Shown here piece by piece: positions 28,565-32,000 of a DNA stretch of 32,000 bases (positions are counted from its first letter, which is position 1; each line of letters begins with the position of its first letter). The notes under the pieces were generated by a model. It worked only from the letters and a program-made list of their open reading frames with translations. It was not told the origin of the DNA and did not search any database. Location: contig NZ_CP066019.1 of NCBI RefSeq assembly GCF_016127575.1, positions 1,830,001-1,862,000 of the forward strand, in the 5' to 3' direction. The position numbers and the translations under genes are program-made. This stretch comes from Cupriavidus necator (GTDB lineage Bacteria > Pseudomonadota > Gammaproteobacteria > Burkholderiales > Burkholderiaceae).

Positions 28565-30274
28565 TCAGGCCAGTTCGTGCGGGAAGTACTTGATGACGCA
28601 GTCGACGGGATTGGGCGCGGCCTGCCCCAGCCCGCAGATCGATGCATCGCGCATCACCGCGGACAGGTCATCCAGCGCCGGCAGGTCCCACTTCGGCTGG
28701 CGGATCAAGTCGAGCGTCTTGGCGGTGCCGGTGCGGCACGGTGTGCATTGCCCGCAGGACTCGTGCTTGAAGAAGTGCATCAGGTTGCGCGCTGCCTGCG
28801 TGGCGCTGTCCTGGTCGGACAGGATCACCACCGCGGCCGAGCCGATAAAGCAGCCGTAGGGCTGCAGCGTGTCGAAGTCCAGCGGGATATTGCCCATCGA
28901 CGCCGGCAGGATGCCGCCCGAGGCCCCACCCGGCAGGTAGCCGTAGAACGCATGGCCGTCGAGCATGCCGCCGCAGTATTCATCGATCAGCTCGCGCACG
29001 GTAATGCCGGCCGGTGCCAGGTGCACGCCGGGGCGTTTCACGCGGCCCGAGACCGAGAACGAGCGCAGGCCCTTGCGCCCGTTGCGCCCCTGCGAGGCAA
29101 ACCACTCGGCGCCCTTCTCGATGATGTCGCGCACCCAGTACAGGGTCTCGAAGTTGTGTTCCAGCGTGGGCCGTCCGAACAGGCCCACCTGCGCCACATA
29201 GGGCGGGCGCAGCCGCGGCATGCCGCGCTTGCCTTCGATCGACTCGATCATGGCCGACTCTTCGCCGCAGATATAGGCGCCCGCGCCGCGGCGCAGTTCG
29301 ATCGTCGGCAGGCCGGGGATTGGCGGGTCTTGCTGCAGCCGCTGCAGTTCTTCCGCCAGCAGCTCGCGGCAGCCGGCGTATTCGTCGCGCAGGTAGATAT
29401 AGATCGCTGACACGTTGACCACCGTCGCCGCGATCAGCATGCCTTCCAGGAAACGGTGCGGATCGCGTTCCAGGTAGACGCGGTCCTTGAAGGTGCCGGG
29501 CTCGCCCTCGTCGATGTTGATGGCCATCAACCGGGGCGCGGGCTCGTTCTGCACGATGCGCCATTTGCGCCCGGTCGGGAAGCCTGCGCCGCCCAGGCCG
29601 CGCAGGCCGGAGTCCTCCATCGTGCACAGCACGGCGGCCGGATCCAGGTCGCCGCTGGCGAGGGACTTCAGCAAGGCATAGCCGCCGTCCTTCCGGTAAG
29701 CGTCGTAGCCGATATAGGGCTCGGGCGCATGGCGCACGGCCTTTGCCTGCACGGCGGCGTCGATGGCCTCGGCCGTGGCGGTGTCGACCGGATTCTGCCC
29801 GACCAGCGCCGCGGGCGCCTTCTCGCAGCGGCCGATGCAGGGCGCGGCCACCACGCGCACTTCAGTGCCGAGCAGCGCGGGCAGCTTGTCGATCAGCGCC
29901 TGTGCGCCCGCCAGCTCGCAGGCAATGCCTTCGCATACGCGCACGGTCAACGCCGGCGGCGGTGCGATCTGGCCGTCGGCGTCCTCGCGTACCACGTCGA
30001 AGTGGTGGTAGAAGGTGGCGACTTCATAGACCTCGGTCATCGACAGCCGCAGTTCGCTGGCCAGCGCCACCAGGTGCGGCATCGCCAGCTGGCCGTAGCG
30101 GTCGTTGATGCAGTGCAGGTGTTCGATCAGCAAGTCGCGCCGGCGGGGCATGTCGCCCAGCGCCACGCGCACTTCGGCCAGCGCGGCCGCGTCTACCTGC
30201 CGGCCCTTGGGCTGGCGGCGCTTGCGCTGCCGGCCGAGCCCCGTCGCCTCGAGAGGAATGACAACCTGGTTCAT
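28565..30274 (-). CDS. fdwB: Formate dehydrogenase beta subunit, fusion of NuoE-like (2Fe-2S) and NuoF-like (FMN/NAD/4Fe-4S) modules
   Basis: The 569-aa product has an N-terminal half with EVATFYHHF...VCEGIACE...CIGRCEKAP (NuoE-like). The C-terminal half has GLRGLGGAGFPTGRKW and ESCGQCTPCRTG (NuoF-like). Its stop lies 9 nt before the alpha-subunit start. Confidence 0.85.
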   Translation of the reverse strand: MNQVVIPLEATGLGRQRKRRQPKGRQVDAAALAEVRVALGDMPRRRDLLIEHLHCINDRYGQLAMPHLVALASELRLSMTEVYEVATFYHHFDVVREDADGQIAPPPALTVRVCEGIACELAGAQALIDKLPALLGTEVRVVAAPCIGRCEKAPAALVGQNPVDTATAEAIDAAVQAKAVRHAPEPYIGYDAYRKDGGYALLKSLASGDLDPAAVLCTMEDSGLRGLGGAGFPTGRKWRIVQNEPAPRLMAINIDEGEPGTFKDRVYLERDPHRFLEGMLIAATVVNVSAIYIYLRDEYAGCRELLAEELQRLQQDPPIPGLPTIELRRGAGAYICGEESAMIESIEGKRGMPRLRPPYVAQVGLFGRPTLEHNFETLYWVRDIIEKGAEWFASQGRNGRKGLRSFSVSGRVKRPGVHLAPAGITVRELIDEYCGGMLDGHAFYGYLPGGASGGILPASMGNIPLDFDTLQPYGCFIGSAAVVILSDQDSATQAARNLMHFFKHESCGQCTPCRTGTAKTLDLIRQPKWDLPALDDLSAVMRDASICGLGQAAPNPVDCVIKYFPHELA

Positions 30275-30454
30275 GGCGTGCCTGGATTCTGTTTGTGGGT
30301 ATCCGATGTGCGATCAGGAAGGCGCCCGGCGGGCCGCCTCCCTGTCGCTCTTTCTATTTTTCGTATTGTGCTACCGGGCGCGGCGCCTGTGCACGCATCG
30401 CAGCCGCCACGTCCGGATCCTGCCGGCGCCGGAGGCGCCGTACTGCTTTCTTCA

Positions 30455-31774
30455 TCAGGTCAGGTCTTCCGGCACGGTACGGTAGCCCATCGGTGCCGAG
30501 GCATTGGCATGCACATACTTGCGGGCATGGGCCTCGCGCATCGGCTTGAGCACGAACAGCGCCATCACCGCGGTCAATGCCGCCATGCCGGAGGCCACCA
30601 TGAAGACCGCATGCCAGCTGCCGGTGGCAGTGGTGATCACGCTGGAGAACGGCACCAGCAGCGCGGCCGTGCCCTTGGCGGTGTACAGCAGGCCCGCGTT
30701 GGTGGCGGCAAACTTCGGCCCGAAGGTGTCGCCGCAGGTGGCAGGGAACAGGCTGTAGATCTCACCCCAGGCAAAGAACACCACGCCTGTCAGCACCACG
30801 AAGGCAACCGGATGGTGGCCGTACTTGGACAGCAGCAGGATGCCGATGGCCTCGACCCCGAAGGCAAAGAACATGGTGCGTTCACGGCCGATATGATCGG
30901 AGATCCAGCCGAAGAACGGGCGCGTCAGGCCATTGAGCACGCGGTCGATGGTCAGTGCGAAGGTCAGCGCCGGCAAGGTCAGGCCGAGGATCGAGATCGG
31001 GGCGTCGTGCAGGCCGAAGTCCTTGGCGATCGGGCCGAGCTGGGCGGTGGCCATCAGGCCGCCGGCGGCCATCATCACGAACATCGCGTACATGACCCAG
31101 AAGATCGGCGACTTCAGCACCTCGCGCGGCGAAGCGTTGTAGGTTGCGGCAGCCTTCAGCGTGGACTTGACCTCGCTCAGGATCTTGGCCGACGGCGGGT
31201 ACAGGGCCATGCCCAGGATGAACACGATCAGGCCCTGGCCAAGACCGAACCACAGGAACGCAGCCTCATAGCCCGAAGTCTTGATCATGTTGGCAATGGG
31301 CACCACGGTCAGCGCCGAGCCCGCGCCGAAACCGGCTGCGGTAATCCCCGCTGCCAGGCCCCGGCGATTGGGAAACCATTTCAGCGCGTTGCCCACGCAG
31401 GTGCCATACACAGCGCCCGCGCCCAGGCCGCCGATCGCCGCCGCGAAGTAAAGCATGGGCAGCGAGGACGCCACCGAGTTCAGGGCCCAGGCAATGGCGC
31501 ACAGCAGGCCGCCGCCCACCACTACCGGACGCGGGCCGTACTTGTCGACCAGATAGCCTTCAATCGGGACCAGCCAGGTTTCCGTCACGACGAAGATGGT
31601 GAAGGCCACCTGGATCGCGGTGCGGCCCCAGTGGTACTTGTCGTCGATCGGGTTGACGAACAGCGTCCAGCCGTATTGCATGTTGGCGATCATCGCCATG
31701 CAGATCACGCCGAATACCAGTTGCACCCACGGCGACGCAAAGCGCGACGTGGACTCCCTCTGCTGCAATTCCAT
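30455..31774 (-). CDS. MFS transporter, oxalate/formate antiporter (OFA) family
   Basis: The 439-aa product has about 12 hydrophobic segments. The N-terminal region NMQYGWTLFVNPI...ETWLVPIEGYLVDKYGPR is typical of OxlT-like proteins. It is co-directional with and upstream of the FDH genes. Confidence 0.8.
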   Translation of the reverse strand: MELQQRESTSRFASPWVQLVFGVICMAMIANMQYGWTLFVNPIDDKYHWGRTAIQVAFTIFVVTETWLVPIEGYLVDKYGPRPVVVGGGLLCAIAWALNSVASSLPMLYFAAAIGGLGAGAVYGTCVGNALKWFPNRRGLAAGITAAGFGAGSALTVVPIANMIKTSGYEAAFLWFGLGQGLIVFILGMALYPPSAKILSEVKSTLKAAATYNASPREVLKSPIFWVMYAMFVMMAAGGLMATAQLGPIAKDFGLHDAPISILGLTLPALTFALTIDRVLNGLTRPFFGWISDHIGRERTMFFAFGVEAIGILLLSKYGHHPVAFVVLTGVVFFAWGEIYSLFPATCGDTFGPKFAATNAGLLYTAKGTAALLVPFSSVITTATGSWHAVFMVASGMAALTAVMALFVLKPMREAHARKYVHANASAPMGYRTVPEDLT

Positions 31775-32000
31775 GATGTCTCCTTATAGCGGCGTGCCGC
31801 CAAGGTGGAAGATGGGCGCCTGTAGACGCCTCTGCGTGACTCTCAGTCAAAGAACAGCTGAGCCGTTCTAGTGCTATACGGTATGTGATATATCAGGTAA
31901 GTCAAGCGTATTCGTCGCGGCTCTGCAGCATGGGACCGCGGTGAGTGACGCCTGGGTGGCCGTTGCTGCAGTGCGACTGGTGCGCACACTGCATCAATGG

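Noticed and set aside
30275-30454. A Moco/Wco riboswitch upstream of the FDH genes
   Set aside because: I could not recognise the conserved motif by eye, only generic GC hairpins. An Infernal scan is needed before any such claim.
26858-31789. Plus-strand ORFs 26858..29410 (850 aa) and 29456..31789 (777 aa)
   Set aside because: They are antisense to the FDH alpha/beta genes and the MFS gene.
31902-32000. A possible 3' end of a minus-strand gene entering from the right edge (...PLMQCAHQSHCSNGHPGVTHRGPMLQSRDEYA*, stop at 31902-31904)
   Set aside because: Only 32 codons are visible. Codon bias is weaker than in the confirmed genes, and no recognisable motif is present. This is not enough to call a CDS.

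Overview
Very GC-rich DNA, probably betaproteobacterial and Cupriavidus/Ralstonia-like; that call is an inference from gene content and codon style. All genes were read by eye from the sequence and ORF track. Three blocks are visible. (1) Positions 1-18.75 kb hold an iron-regulated NRPS siderophore locus built as two divergent operons around a spacer containing a Fur box. The minus-strand operon encodes a stand-alone TauD/SyrP-type hydroxylase, a 3127-aa NRPS ending in a fused TauD domain, and a ~1031-aa NRPS with a degenerate C-like domain followed by A and T domains. It also contains the 5' part of a further NRPS that runs off the left edge and is missing from the supplied ORF track. The plus-strand operon encodes an MbtH-like protein, a type II thioesterase, an Sfp-type PPTase and a diaminobutyrate transaminase, with overlapping or abutting stop/start codons at each junction. 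(2) Positions 18.8-25.6 kb hold a MarR regulator divergent from a badH-badI-aliB-aliA-type alicyclic acyl-CoA operon, then a small GYD protein and a Zn-ADH family oxidoreductase. (3) Positions 25.7-31.8 kb hold a minus-strand run of an OFA-family MFS transporter and a two-subunit NAD-linked Mo/W formate dehydrogenase (fused NuoE-NuoF beta subunit plus alpha subunit). I saw no rRNA, tRNA, CRISPR array, transposase or integrase. The many long plus/minus 'shadow' ORFs are antisense artefacts of the GC-rich coding sequence. I did not find a self-contained, unexplained multi-gene system. The most unusual material is the assembly-line architecture: a tandem carrier didomain, a terminal C-TauD fusion that retains an internal RBS+ATG, an interface-like dead C domain, and an N-terminal docking segment. 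The locus belongs to the known beta-hydroxyaspartate acyl-peptide siderophore class and may be orthologous to the cupriachelin-type locus of Cupriavidus. Novelty therefore has to be tested by database comparison, which I cannot run.
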